DNA of 64,000 nt from Mytilus edulis. Lineage: Eukaryota. Below are positions 40,377 through 54,325 of the stretch, in pieces. Position numbers and translations under genes: made by a program. The number at the start of each line of letters is the position of its first letter. Position 1 is the first letter of the stretch. The stretch lies in contig NC_092347.1 in NCBI RefSeq assembly GCF_963676685.1, positions 98,890,001 through 98,954,000 on the forward strand. The letters run 5' to 3'. Below the pieces are notes generated by a model. It had not been told where the DNA came from and did not search any database. It saw only the letters and a list, made by a program, of their open reading frames with translations.

Positions 40377-43300
40377 ACACAGATTACCAAGCTAAACGGA
40401 CGAAGAATGATGAACTTTTTTTTACATTTTTGAAATAAAATGTAAATATTGTATTGAATTTGTGTTGACTTTTTCTATTATAAATCTAATGTCACTGCAT
40501 AAACTGAAACACGAGGTAGACGCATGTCTAATTGAATTGTTATAAGGAAAAAACTCTCAGATCAAAATATTCATGACCTCAATTAGTTGTTTTCCATTTC
40601 ATGTAAATAAACTCATCATAGGTAGACAAATGAAGATATAGTATGAGCGCTAACGAGACAAATCTTGATCCAAGTCACAATTTGCAAAAGTAAACCATTT
40701 TAGGCCAAAGTACGTCGTCAACACCGAGCCTTGGCTCACAACAAACAGCGAGCAATTAAGGTCACCAATAATGTCTAGACTTAATAAGTGTAAAATTAGC
40801 GGTCTAATATATTTTTTTTTTTATAAAAAGACGGGAAACACTTATGGGATATATGATGAATGTATTATGAAAAATGACTTCATATATTTAGGCGGTATGA
40901 TAAAAAGAAAATCATACCGCTTATTAACTCAACTTTGATTTGAAGGTCTATTTTTTATCAGCATTAATCACAACCAAATGTATTTAAAAAACGTAGTAAA
41001 AAATATCATATTCGTGTCTCGGCAGCAAATGTGTTATGATTAAGTCATTGGTGTACTTTAAAATAAAAATAAAATAATTTAAAGCAATTCCTTTGGTACA
41101 GTTCATAGGTGAAAATAAGTACACGTGGTATGATTGATTGCCAATGAGACAACTATCAACCAAAGTTCAAATGAAGTCGATATAAACAGATATAGACAAC
41201 CGTACGACCTTCAACAATCAGAAAAAACGCATACCCTATTGTCGGCTATAAAAGGCCCCGACATGAAAAATAAGAAACAATTCAATTAATAAAACTAATG
41301 ATCTTACTTACAACAAGCCAGCAACAAACACTTAATTTCATAAACATGTATAAAGTTTAAATAATACATTAACAGGATTTTTCAATATTCACAAACAGCT
41401 ATTTTTTGTGAAAAAAACTAATAACACTTTGGGAAATATGGTTTGTTCGAAGTACTTTCTTAAATTCCGTTTATCAGGAACGATTATCTATCTAATGTCA
41501 ACTTTACACAAAGAATACGATCAAACAATAACAAACACCACATATTGTTTTATGTTCTGTGTACAATCTAATTAAATATCTTTCGAAACTTATATCAATA
41601 AGAATGTGTGATAAGAGTGCCAATGGGCCATTTCCATCCAACTTGAGACTAGAATACTAATGAATACTAACAAAATAACACTACAAACGAAACATGGAAA
41701 TGTAAAGACAAAACGAAAGGCCTTCGGAAATATAAATCACCTCACATTATCAGCGATAAATGAGTAAATGAATAAGACAAACAAATGTAATCTCAAAGAT
41801 AAAATTGTGAATGGAAATGGGGATTATGTCAATGAGACAAGAACCTGTCCAAACAGGAGATAACAGTTGAAGGCTACCATTAGGCCTTTAACGCAGCGAG
41901 AAAATCCCGCACACGAAGATAGGCATCAGATGGCCCCTAGATAAAATGAATGTGTAATAGTTCAGTGAAAATGAACGTCATACATAACTTCAATATATAT
42001 ATATTAACTTAAATTAAAAAAAAGACGAACAAAGGTCAGATAATCATAACCTAGGACAGGGGCAAAGATGCAGCGGGGTTTAACATGTTTTGTGAGATTT
42101 CAACTGTTCCCTAAAACCTCTAGCCAATGTAGAATAAAGAAACGCATACGCTCAGTAACAATCAGTTTAAAAGAAGTCCGAGTCCGATATTAGAATAGGT
42201 ATCAAAGAAACTGAAAAAAATATCTGATTTGTTTCCGGAATTAAAAGAGATTGATAATATGAATATTTAGGAAGGTAGGGCGTCCACTAAAATGTTTAAC
42301 CCCGCAACAATCTGTATGTGCCTGTGTAAGGTCGGTAGCATGTGATTCAGTGTTTGTCGTTTGTTTCTGTGTTACATATTTTTTTTTCGTTCATTGTATG
42401 GTAAATAAATTAGGTCGTTGATTAGTTGTTCTCGTTTGAATTGATTACATTGGTAATTACGGGGCCTTTTATAGCCGAGTTTGCATTGCTCATGTTTGAC
42501 GGCCATACGTTGAACCTTTGTTGTTCATGACTGCATCATTTGGTGTCTTGTGAAGAGCTGTCTCGTTGGTAATCATACCACGTCATCTTGTCTTTTTATA
42601 TAATTATGGGTCAAACGTAAAAGCTTATATTTTTGGCGGTCATCAAACATACCTGAATAATATTTTAGTACGCAAAATTTTCGGTTCGTCAACACATGAA
42701 AAATTAAGAATCATTAACGACACTAATGTAACTGCACTAAATGCTTATTCAGACAAATAAAGTAAATAAAATGGCTTACTTTTTCAAAATTGTTATTTGG
42801 ATAGAGAGTTGTCTCATTGGCACTCACACCACATCTTCCTATATCTAAATAAAGTGAAAAGTCAAAAACAAAATGTAAACATTGTGACAAACTGATAAAA
42901 ACTAACAAAAAAGAAGAAAAAAAAATCCAAATTATACAAAAATGAAAACAATACTGAACTTGTAACGGTTCAGAAATGCTATAACTGCAACTTTCAAACC
43001 ATATGCATGCCAGTACTGGCTTCTTTGTCGGTGACACTTTCAAGAAAGTATAATGATTTTAAAATACAGTTTATTTGTTTACGCCAAATGTGTTCTATTC
43101 AAAATCCGTGGAGAAAACACTTTAATCCACCAAAAACAGATACTAACTAATTGGCAGTATTTACATTAACAGTAACCATGTTGCTGCACTATATATCTTT
43201 CTGTTCATACGACATTCTATGACTTGTATATTCTTTCATGATTTCAACAAATAACGGCAGATATGTTCCATTGTCAAAACCGCAAATGTAGAGCAGAATC

Positions 43301-44349
43301 TGATTAGTTTTCCAGAGCACCTGAGATAACTTCTAATTATTGTTGCTTAGCTTTTCGGTTTCTGTATTGTGCTTTACTGACTGTTCATTGTCGATTCGTT
43401 TGTTTTCGTTTTTCTTTGTTAATTGAGTCTGGATACTAGTATCCGTAATGTAACTTAAAGCTCAATTTTTGTCTTTTGTTATAAATAACTATTTAATCTG
43501 AACATTAAGCTGTACGATCGTCATCATGGTGTCTAACTATATATAGCTAGATCTATACGATAAAAAAAGTAATAAAGCGTTTACTTTACATTTCATTAAA
43601 TGAACGTGTCACAAATTGATAACAAGTCTCTAGTTATTCTATGTGTTTTATGTATTCTTCATTATCTATGGTTTTTCAGGTTACAGTATTGTAATAGACT
43701 GCTCCATCTGCTTACATGCAAAACAGCTGATTTTTGAAAATAAAAATAAATTTATTTATATGTTCATATCATGTATGTACTAATATGAAATTGTCATTTA
43801 ATCGAAAAAAAAGTAGGTCATGCTACGAAGAATTAAAAGTTACGTAACACTGAAGTCAAAACAATTTTTTGTCTACTTTCTGTTTTCTGTTTTACTATAG
43901 GACGCACCACTTCTAGTAAACATGATATCTTTCCAATTTCCTGGATTGATATTCCTAAAAACATTCTTTTAAAAAAATATCTATATCTATGTTTCAATAG
44001 TCCATTTTCATATACATTTCCCTTTCCGTAATCGGTCCCGTCTTTTATTGTCGTAGTCACGTCGACATCATAGCACCAAGACAACGAAGTAACACCTTGA
44101 TGTCTGAGGGTTTTAGCTGTTCCCCTAATGAATCGTTAGTTTCTTTCCGAGATACTTTATCGTAGGATTTTCGGCTTTCCTCTACCAGGAATACAGCTGG
44201 GCATTTAGTGGTATCGGTTCAGATTCCAAGTATGTCCTCTCCGGTTTCCCTTCGTTGTCTACGCATTTGTGCGGCATCCGGGGTGACCTTATCCTTTATT
44301 TTGTATATAGTGTTTTTTTATATTATGCATTAATATATATTATTTTCTT

Positions 44350-46980
44350 ATATTTTTTAGGATGAGCGAATCAGGTCTGTGGATGTGTTCGTATGCTATA
44401 TTATATTGTACTTATTGTTTTGGTGAAGGTTAACTTTCTAGTAGTAAGACCCGGCCAGGCTGGAAAACTGGATAGGCAAATGTTCACATTAAATCTGTAC
44501 CGATACAGTGTTTTAAATGTCTTCCTTTTTACACCATAACCCATGATGGTGCTCCTACTAAAGGAGGAAGATACAGCGCATACATACATTAACAATAGAT
44601 TGCGCGGCAATGAAAGTCAATGAACTGAAGAATATCTGAGATTAAGGGGATAGGTGTAACACACATGAAAAGAAATGAATAAGTTAGGTTGTGCACTGCT
44701 ATTGACATGTTAAATCTTCCGCTTGACCCAGATATGTGTACTAACCGGCTCACAAACACTGTTGCAGAATGGCTGAAAAGTAACGGGATCGACAACATGT
44801 CTTCTTTACAAGGCTTAACCAAGGATCTCTCTAACATTCCGAATGCGTCATTGTATGATGTTTTTAACTATCTGATGTATAAAACTTCAAATTAATACTG
44901 TCGAACGTTGAAGGCATACAAATCTTCTGAAGATTACCGTTTGTATTTCGATTGTTATTACTGAGTTGAACAGTTTGTTTATATTTTTGGCTGCCATCAA
45001 ACCTACACAGAAAGACAAAACATATCTTAATATGTGCTGGAACATAAAGGACAATGCTGGTGATGTGAAGGCAGCTTATTGCACATGCATAGGAGGGTAA
45101 ATACATCATACATGTAATCAGCATCCCATCTTTCACTTTCACCTATAAAATGGTGCATTATAACTTTCTTAATAGCCATTAGAAATCAATTTTGTCACGC
45201 ATACATTTATATTTCAGAATCACTTGAGGAAAAGAGATAGATATGTATATTGATCAGAACAAATGGCTTAAAAAATGTGACATTAAATGAAAATGAAGAC
45301 TTTCTGTATCTGTATGAATACGTTTTCAATACCAATACTGGCTTTAATACAACAGTTTGAGAACGCCGCCGATTTATTGACTAATTCAAAAATTTACATA
45401 GTTCATCTTAAAGCTGTCCTGGCATGCTTCAAAACTAAAATAAAAACACTGCTAAAAATAAGACTACATGTATAACCGTTTTCTTTTAATTACATAATAT
45501 CAGCTTATATTATATTTTAACAAGCACCGTTCCTGATGAAGCCTTTTTCTTCAGAAAATTAAGGATGAAACAAAATACTGCCAGTGATACACCTTGAATA
45601 CAGAAAACAAAATGTATATACTTATTTTTCATTGTCATTCCCCTAAATATTAACACAACAATGTTAAATCTGCAAATTTGAGGAAGCAGACTCAAGCTTT
45701 TAAGATATCGAAACTACACCACATGTACTGTGTCCAGCACACTAGACAATTTGACCCCCTAGGCAAAAGGAATTCAGCTTTTGGTGGTCGGGTGATAATT
45801 CATTTTATGGTTATACAAAGTAAATGTATATAGGTAATAAGTATCCATTCATAGACGTGTATTATCATCAAACTTCCTTGTATTTGTAAATCTTAAAAAA
45901 ATGAAGTTACATATGTACCTGTATAGAATTTGAAGAATTTGTTGGCTTTCATAATGTCATTCATGAGATTCTTTCTCTTCATGCTACCAGTGTCCATCAT
46001 ATTATCTGTCAGAGAATCCATTTGTTCCATGCTAATGTCTGTTTGCGTAGATATACTAGTAGTATATACTTTAAATCCCCTCTTTTCAGCAGATTAAGTA
46101 TGGTCCGCAACCACTGAAAATTTGTAAACATACTAATATTGAGCAAATGTACCAAGAGTGTACTGATGACAGATATTTTGTAGAAAAATATAGATATACG
46201 ATATTGGGTGAAATTCTATGGATATCGCGCATAAAACATTAGATGGTTACATGTAGCGTAGTCCAAGGCTCCATCTGTAAGGTACGGTGGTATTTTCAGC
46301 ATCGATAAAATGATTCACAGAAATTAAACATTATTTACAACAGATCAAATGAACAGCTCCCTCATTCAACTCTTAAAAAAAGTTCCTACAGGATGGCCTC
46401 TACATGATACTGTATAGAATATTTATTACATGTATACAGTACATGTACATGTAATAATCAGATTTCTTCTTTCAAATACATTGATGTGTTTTACATCTTT
46501 TAGAAATAGGCAGCACTTATATTTGTCTAGAATAAATCAATATCGTATTTAATAATTTCCCTGTTACAGTAAGGGAATACAAACAAACCCAAACAAATAA
46601 GTCAATTTAGAGGAGCTTGCCTCTTGGAATTAACCCCCCTTCTTTTCGGGAGTTTGGCGTGATGACTTACATTCGGTCAATGCCTTGCTTTTTCATATAT
46701 ATTTACCAGTTATAACCTTTAATTTCTTCACAGAAATGTGGTGTTGCCTGAAGAGGTTGGTCTGTTGATGTGTTGGTTCCATTGACAGTAACATACGCCC
46801 CAACATCCCTCCATACTTGATCGTCAAATTCTTCAGTTTCAGTGGTCGTGATAATGCTGGTTATGGTTTATACAGCTATGCCAAAGGGAATTTTCTTTGA
46901 TTTGTGCACTATGTGCTTTGATGGGGTAGCTAGGATTGGGTATGGATGTATGGTTGTAGGTCTTTCATCAACAAATTGTT
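44350..46980. mobile_element. Decayed two-gene DNA transposon (ISL2EU/KolobokP-like): SWIM-finger gene on +, THAP-transposase on -
   Basis: Plus strand: KAYKSSEDYRLYF (~44910-44950) and GDVKAAYCTCIGG|gt (~45059-45097). Minus strand: FVDERPTTIHPYP (THAP end, ~46975-46935), DH..TQTD..KFYT|G (~46105-45919) continuing as GVSLAVFCFILNFL (~45594). Stops and frameshifts present. Confidence 0.6.
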
Positions 46981-49228
46981 ATTGATGTAGAAAGTGTTAA
47001 AACGTCCAGAGTGATGATATTAACCATTGGGTTGAACCCTGGATACAGGTATGATAGGATTTCGGCTCCAAATATGTTACCCGATATCTAGCAGATGTAA
47101 CGTCAATTACAACCGCTGATAACTCACATCCTATGTCACCCAACAAAAGTATATGCATGTACAATGTCCAACTATCTAGGTCATGTGTTGTTCGTTATTG
47201 TTTCGTTTTGTTTGCATGGCTCTCTTATACGTTTTATCAAAACTAAAAGAAAGAGGATCGCATGCGACTTTATCTGGTCTGACATTTAAAGCAATATTAT
47301 ATCAGCGTTATGACTCATAATGATTACTTGTGAAGCTTCTCTGTGTATAATTTATTTGACTTGATAATAATTTGATGAGTAACACAAATATGCTTGGTTT
47401 AACGAGATTTAAAAGTGAACATGATAGTGTTTCTATATAAATTTGAAACAATAAACTGCAGGCAGCTTTCTCATCTTGACAATATTCGAGAATGAAATTG
47501 GCAACTTCGTTGATAAAATTTGGAAAATCATCACCGAATTTTGATATGCTTTCTGTGAGGTCTTTCGTGGAATTTTAGTATAAGTATATTATATAATAAT
47601 ATTTGTGTATGTCTTACTTTGGGATCAGGTTAATCGTTCTATTTAATCGACGTAGAAGTTTAATTGTCATTTTGAATTAACCAGTTATTTCCTACAGGCA
47701 TTTAAACGAATTAACCCTTTGCAAGATCATTTTAGATGTCTGACACGTGTTGTGTTTTGCTCAGGTGAATTAAGATTTGATTTCTATTACTAGATCATCA
47801 TTACCACACAATTAAACCTTGATAAATTATGGCCGTCAATGTCATAAGTGGAAGGTAAACAGCTGAAGCCTTAATTTTAATAAAAATGTACCTAAACGAT
47901 TAAATTTAGTTATGCATTTTTATTTAATTCAATAAACTCTATATACAAAAAACAAATAAATCTTGTCGTTCAAATTCAGAGTACTGAAAATGACCAGAAT
48001 CAGGTTGCATATAAAACAGACAATAGAATGTAGCAAAGAGAGAGCAAATATTTTGAGAATACACATAATTATGAAGTATCTGCTCTGTGTGGAGATAGGT
48101 CGCGTTATGGTTATCTATCTAAACTCTGAACATTAAACAGCTGATATTTTTTAGGAAGAATAGTTCTGAACTTTATTTGTTCAAAGAATATATATGAGAC
48201 ACGTGTTGTATTTTACTGATATGTGATAAGATTTGATTTCCTATACTAGATCATAATTACCACACCATTAAACCTTGTTAAATTATGACCATGAATGTCA
48301 TAAGCTGAAGGTACATTGAGTCGTTCTCCTAAAAGAAAATGTACCTAAACGATTATTTAGATTTTTTTTAGATTACCAAATATATATAAATACTTCGAGA
48401 ACACACATATGCAATGTTTGCTTTTCATCAAGATGGGTTATGTAAAGACAATAACAACCAAAACCAAGGAGTAAACAAAGACTCACAAAATCAAAGGACA
48501 TTTACATCAACAGTTATAAATAATAGATTAGAAACAACACGAACGAACTCCACTAAAAACCGGAAGCGAAATAAGGTGCTCCGGAATGTGAGCATTTCCT
48601 GCACTGTATACTGTTATTTATCTATACTCCAATGTGCTGATATTTTGTCGAAAGAGTAGTTATTAACTTCATTCATTCAAAGACTGATTCGCTTGTTCCT
48701 CCGTGTGAATGTAATAGTCGATTCAATACAGATCTGATTTTAATTTATGTTTCATTGCAGAGTATTCTATTGTAAAATCATTGCTCGTCAGTTATTCTAA
48801 GGTTTACCCATATATAGAGTTTACAACGTGTCAAACAATTCATACCAGGAAACCAAAAAACCACCACCTAATAACCACACCAACAAACGACAACCACTGA
48901 ACAATAGACTCTTGACCATGTTGACTGACAAAATACAATGTATCATATAATGTGTGGTTTCCCAGCATATTGTGTTTACATACAAGCAAACCCCTTGTTC
49001 AATTGAAACAAATAATATATTTCAAACAGATTTTGTTAAAAACAAATGAAATCTAGCTATATTATTTAAGGATCAATATATGCAGGAACTCAATTCTCCC
49101 GTTATATGGTTGTTTTATCATTTGTTTTCTCGAATTTAATATGCGAAACTACCTTCCGTCAAGGCACGTTTGATCATCTTTTGTTTTACTTCAACAGCTT
49201 ATTTCAAACACCTTTATTTTTCTCTTAA

Positions 49229-49500
49229 GGTGGTACCTAACACTACAGGGAGATTACTCTGTAAAATCAGCATAACGTTTTAATGACGTTGTGTTCTTAA
49301 GGGGATATTAAGCTTCACAATGATCAAAATGAGTGTTTGTCAAACTGCTAGATAACCAGTGTAATTTTTCTGATTAAACGGTTGGTTCAATTTTTTTGAT
49401 TTTTTTATATTTTTGTCAAAGGGTCAAAGTAAATACTTTGTCAAAATTTTAAGAAAATTAAACGAGCCAAATTAATTTTAGTTCAGTGTTAGGTACCACC
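49229..49500. mobile_element. MITE with TTAA target-site duplication (Kolobok-like)
   Basis: TTAA|GGTGGTACCTAACACT ... AGTGTTAGGTACCACC|TTAA; perfect 16-bp TIRs, purine-purine 5' terminus. Confidence 0.85.
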
Positions 49501-50088
49501 TTAAAACGTTATAGCCAATAAAGTATGTCTACATTCTTTTACTGAAAATTGCAAGATGTGGTTTGATAGAGAATGAATTACTAAACTATTAATAGCGTTT
49601 ATGTTCCAAATGTCGTAAATAAATTCCCGTTTCCTTTTCGAATCATCACTCACTAAATAAGACTTATTACGAGGTTTTTATAACATAAGTAACATAACGG
49701 GTGATACTTATGGAGCACGATCTGCTTTCCAATTTCGGGGGACTCGAGATCACCCCCAGTTTGTTATGGACTTCGTACTGCTCAGTCTTCAGTTTTCTAT
49801 GTTGTGTTTTGTGTACTACTGCTGGTTTGTTTGTTTGTCTTATCCTTTTAATCCACGGCGTTGTGAGTTTATCATCCTACAGGTAGTAGGTTTCTCGTAT
49901 GGCTAATCACCAGGCAGAGTTAATAGAATCTGATTACGTAAACCCAAGATAGGGCCTTAAATGCCGTCCGAAATGAAGAGGATAGATGAGGTAGGTGAGT
50001 TGTGAGTTTATTATTTAAGATTGAATATCCCTCTGGTATCTTTCGCTTCTCGTTACACATTGATATTGATTTTCACATCCAATGAGTA

Positions 50089-51149
50089 TCTATACTATTA
50101 AACGAGAAGACCTCATTTTGGGTGTCGCTTCTCTTCTTACCACAATAAATTAATCAACACGCCTCTGTGTCCTATAGGTACAGTGCATAGTCGCATTTGA
50201 CATCCATTCATATGATTATTCAGATTGAGTTATTTTGGGAGAAAATCGAGAAAAAGGGCATCCGGATATTGTCCCGTCATTGGACAAAATTTTAAGTCAG
50301 ATTATACTTCCGGTTTGCGTTTTTCTGTATACTTTGAACATACATATACTACGAATAAAGTGTATTTTCAGAATTCTATCTGCTATCATTTTCAAGTTTA
50401 CTATCCACGGTGGTCACAGAGTTTATTAAATAGAGAGGGTCTGTATACTATATCAATGACCACCATGGATCGATTAGAAAACTTAGAATTGAAAGTAAAT
50501 ACACTTTATTTATATAGTGAATGTTCATAATATACAGATAAGCGCTAAAATTATTCATGTGCACTTTTGATACCTTTTCTGAAATTCTCCAGTCATTAAA
50601 TCTTTTACAAAATTCATTGATTACAAAAAAAAAGAAGATGTGGTATGATGTGGTATGATTGCCATGTTGACAACTCTTCACAAGAGACCAAAATGACACA
50701 GAAATTAACAACTATAGGTCATCGTACGGCCTTCAACAACGAGCAAAGACCATACCTCATACTCAGCTTTAAAAGGCACCGAAATGAAAATGTAAAACAA
50801 TTCAAACGAGAAAACTAGCTGCCTTATTTATGTACAAAAAATGAACGAAAAACAAATATGTAACGCATAAACAAACGACAACCACTGAAGTACAGGCTCC
50901 TTACTTAAATGTTCATAACATACTAAATGTATATTCATATTGAAATTGATAGAAAACCACACATTGGGAATTTTGGAAATAAAGGAGGAGGGATTAAAAA
51001 AAACATTTTCCTGTCCCCAATAACCTATGATTTATGATAATTTTGCTGAAATTCTCCAGTCATTCAATATTTCACAAAATTCTACCAACAACACTTTACA
51101 TACTTTAAACTACGCTCTGAATACCCGCGATTTCGCGGGGGTGTTCTAG
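50089..51149 (+). mobile_element. Non-autonomous Helitron with nested repeat A
   Basis: A|TCTATACTATTAAA 5' end; 3' hairpin CCCGCGA-TT-TCGCGGG near 51124-51139 followed by CTAG|T; no TSD. Confidence 0.8.
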
Positions 51150-51518
51150 TATATGTTTAAATCACGTGAATTGATTTCTGAATGGGTTTCAGGGAAATCT
51201 GGTGTGATTTTCCCGTACAAGAAATTTGATAGTATACAATTTGTAACTCACTGAAAAAGAATGATCAATATACTAATGATGCCTATATTTATATTAATTA
51301 AAGAACCTACGCTGTATTTTCATTCTGAATTAATAGTATTCGTATTGTTATGCTGATTATAAGGTGGACAGTGTTCTCTGCTTTAGAATTCCTTGTGTGT
51401 ACCCGTCTTTGTATTTTTTCCACAACTAGAAACGACATGTGACAATTGAAATATTTAAAAGTGCCTATCCCTGTACAATGTATAATGACGAATACTGTTT
51501 TTACTATGACCTGTGTAA

Positions 51519-51987
51519 ATATCAAAATATTTATAAAGCCAAACAAGTACAAAGTTGAAGAGCATTGAGGATCCTTTATTCCAAAAAGTTGTGCCAAATA
51601 CGACTAAGGTAATATATATGCCTGGGATAAGAAAATCCTTAGTTTTTCGAAAAAATCTTTTGTAAACAGGAAATTTATAAAAAATGAACACATTATTGAT
51701 ATTTATGTCAACACCGAAGTGTTGACTACTGGGCTGGTGATACCCTCGGGGACGAAACGTCCACCAGCAGTGGCATCGACCCAGTGGTGTTAATTGTTAT
51801 CAAAGGTACAAGGATTATAATTTAGTACGCCAGACGCGCGTTTCGTCTACATAAGACTCATCAGTGACGCTAATATCAAAATACTTATAAAGCAAAACAA
51901 GTTTCAAAGTTGATGAGCATTGAGGATCCAAAATTCCAAAAAGTTGTGCCAAATACGGCTAAGGTAATCTATGCCTGAGATAAAATG
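51519..51987 (-). mobile_element. Retrozyme-like non-autonomous retroelement (~1.3 units of ~354 bp)
   Basis: Direct terminal redundancy (ATCAAAATA..AAAGTTGAAGAGCATTGAGGATCC near 51521 and 51875) around a hammerhead; absent from the paralogous position upstream of gene 4. Confidence 0.8.
51827..51870 (-). ncRNA. Minimal type I hammerhead ribozyme with intact core
   Basis: Minus strand GCGTCA-CTGATGA-GTC-TTATGTA-GAC-GAAAC-GCGC-GTC-TGGCGT: stem I GCGTCA/TGGCGT, CUGAUGA and GAAA core, stem II GTC/GAC, short palindromic stem III, GUC cleavage triplet. Confidence 0.85.
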
Positions 51988-52247
51988 CTAAATCTCTAAT
52001 ATAACATTTGATGGTGCAGCAGACAGAGATAGAACGTACATATTAGGTAACAGGTGGCATATATTATTGTTATCATTATCGGATTCGATCCGCCAGTTGT
52101 AATGCTGACACAGATTTTTCATAACGCGCAAAATATGAAAGTGTTTGACTTTCAAACATTTATGAATTATGAAAAAAAATTTACACTAAAAACCCGTATT
52201 TTGATCAAGTGTTATCAGCATAAAATTGCATAAATTATTTTGATGAA

Positions 52248-52354
52248 TTTGTGGTAACATGTATAATACATCATATTTTATTATGAAACGAACAATATAT
52301 AAGGCTTCAAAAACCATACATTCAGCACAACACTGGACCATCGCACCATATCAA
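52248..52354 (+). promoter_or_regulatory. Core promoter and non-coding exon 1 of paralog 5
   Basis: TTGTGGTAA block, TATATAA 52296-52302, CATTCAGCACAACACTGG, donor caa|gtaagt at 52355. Confidence 0.8.
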
Positions 52355-52656
52355 GTAAGTGTCTTAACAAGTCAAGTCTGTGGAATTGTTAGAATAAGTG
52401 TAGAAAACCAATTCTTCCATTTCCAACTATGAACAACTTTTAACCTTTCGTCGATTCTGAAAGAGAAAATATTTTGTGTTTGTCGTTCTAGATGTTTTGA
52501 TCGATGCAGGTGTTGCATTGGCAATAATTTACACAATATACTAGCTTATTGCTAAACGATGCAAAAGGAATAAATGAGTCGATACATGCTGTCGTCGGTG
52601 ACGTCGAACAAATGTCCCTTTTCCATTGACACATTTCTCATCTGATATTAATGCTA

Positions 52657-53152
52657 ATATGAGGCAGGCATTACCTGTGAATGGGGACGAAGTTTGTTTA
52701 AATTTATTTTTTTGTATTTTAAATATTTGTTAAAAAAAAAGATACGGAAATACCGTAACGTTTCCGATTTTGGTTCTGTTGTTAGGGATTTTACTTGTGA
52801 CGTTATTTAAGTTATGACGTCATGTTCAATGTAAAACAAAGAAACGCAATGCATCAGGTAGGCCTAACGTTTATTCATACCAAAGACAAAGAATGATTAA
52901 AAATGAAATATTGGTATTGTGTTCCTTGAGTTCCTATATTTTACTAGACTAATCAAAGTCTCACGACAACAAGACCGGAAGAAGGAAGTAGAGTTATGTG
53001 TTCTGCGCAGATCCGGAAATTAAAAAACACGACAAAAAAAAATTGAACGATTTTGAGTTCATTAGTACAATGAAAAATTCGGGAAATTTTCCCGATTTTT
53101 TTTTTTTTTTTTTATTGAATTTTCTACTGTAATAGGGGACTTCGTCCCCATA
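52657..53152. mobile_element. Probable TIR element inserted in intron 1 of paralog 5
   Basis: ATGGGGACGAAGT (52681) and ACTTCGTCCCCAT (53139-53151) form an inverted repeat; the segment is missing from the aligned intron of paralog 4. Confidence 0.6.
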
Positions 53153-53682
53153 TAAAAAAAATGATAAGTAGTAAATAAACCCTATTATTCTTTCATGAAT
53201 TAAAGACTTTACACTTAGTAACTAAGAAGTGATCTGTTGAACCGTCACATTATTTCTGAATTTCACGCTGTACCTTTTCTAATACGTACATGCATATTCC
53301 GTTATTAAATTTCATTTATTGCGTCCTTTCAAATCGACTGGAAATGATTTTCAGATTAATTTTACATTTTATACGCAAATCATTCCGTTCTATTATCTAA
53401 ATAAAAGCATATGTGATACATTTTGAAGGAGAACTATAAAAGTGGCAATGAAAATTTAATTGTCAATGAGAAAACAAAATAATGAATACCCTCAGGTATA
53501 CATTAATAAAAGTTACATAAGATGATTGAAATATATTAAAATGTAGGTGTTTCAAGTGGTGGTCCTTCTTTGAAATAACAAACTAAGGCAGTACTTGTAC
53601 CGATTAAAATAAACTGTCTTTTAAATAAATGCCATTTAAATTATTCTGAGTTGCTGTTAATGTCAATAAGACAGCAATCAAA

Positions 53683-54325
53683 ATTTATAAAACAAACGAC
53701 GCCTAGTTGTCACCGTACAGACAATAAAAAGAGAATTTCAAATATTTTGTTTTTCAATATCACACCAACTTGATCCACGATATATGCTCGGGGATTCTGT
53801 AAGTAAAGGATCGATGCTGTGTGTGATTTTGGAAAACAATAAACAATTCATTATACCTCTTAAGTATATGTTTGAATTTTCCCCTGAACAGTACACAGGA
53901 AAATATTTTGGACCAAAAAAAAGTTAAATAGTATTAAATTGGAAGCAAGCTACTCCAACCTATTGCATATACAGAATTTAAAAGCTATCCGAATTCTACA
54001 ATATTTATAAAACAAACGACGCCTAGTTGTCACCGTACGGACAATAAATAGAGAATTTCAAATATTTTGTTTTTCAATATCACACCAACTTGATCCACGA
54101 TATATGATCGGGGATTCTGTAAGTAAAGGATCGATGCTGTATGTGATTTTGGAAAATAATAAACTATTCATTATACCTCTTAAGTATATGTTTGAACTTT
54201 CCCCTGAACACTACACAGGAAAATATTTTGGACCAAAAAAAAATTAAATAGTATTAAATTGTAAACAAGCTACTCCAACCTATTGCATATACAGAATTTG
54301 AAAGCTATCCGAATTCTACAATATT
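53683..54325. repeat. Tandem duplication, 2 x 320 bp, in intron 1 of paralog 5
   Basis: ATTTATAAAACAAACGACGCCTAGTTG at 53683 and 54003; single copy in paralog 4 (~37870). Confidence 0.88.
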
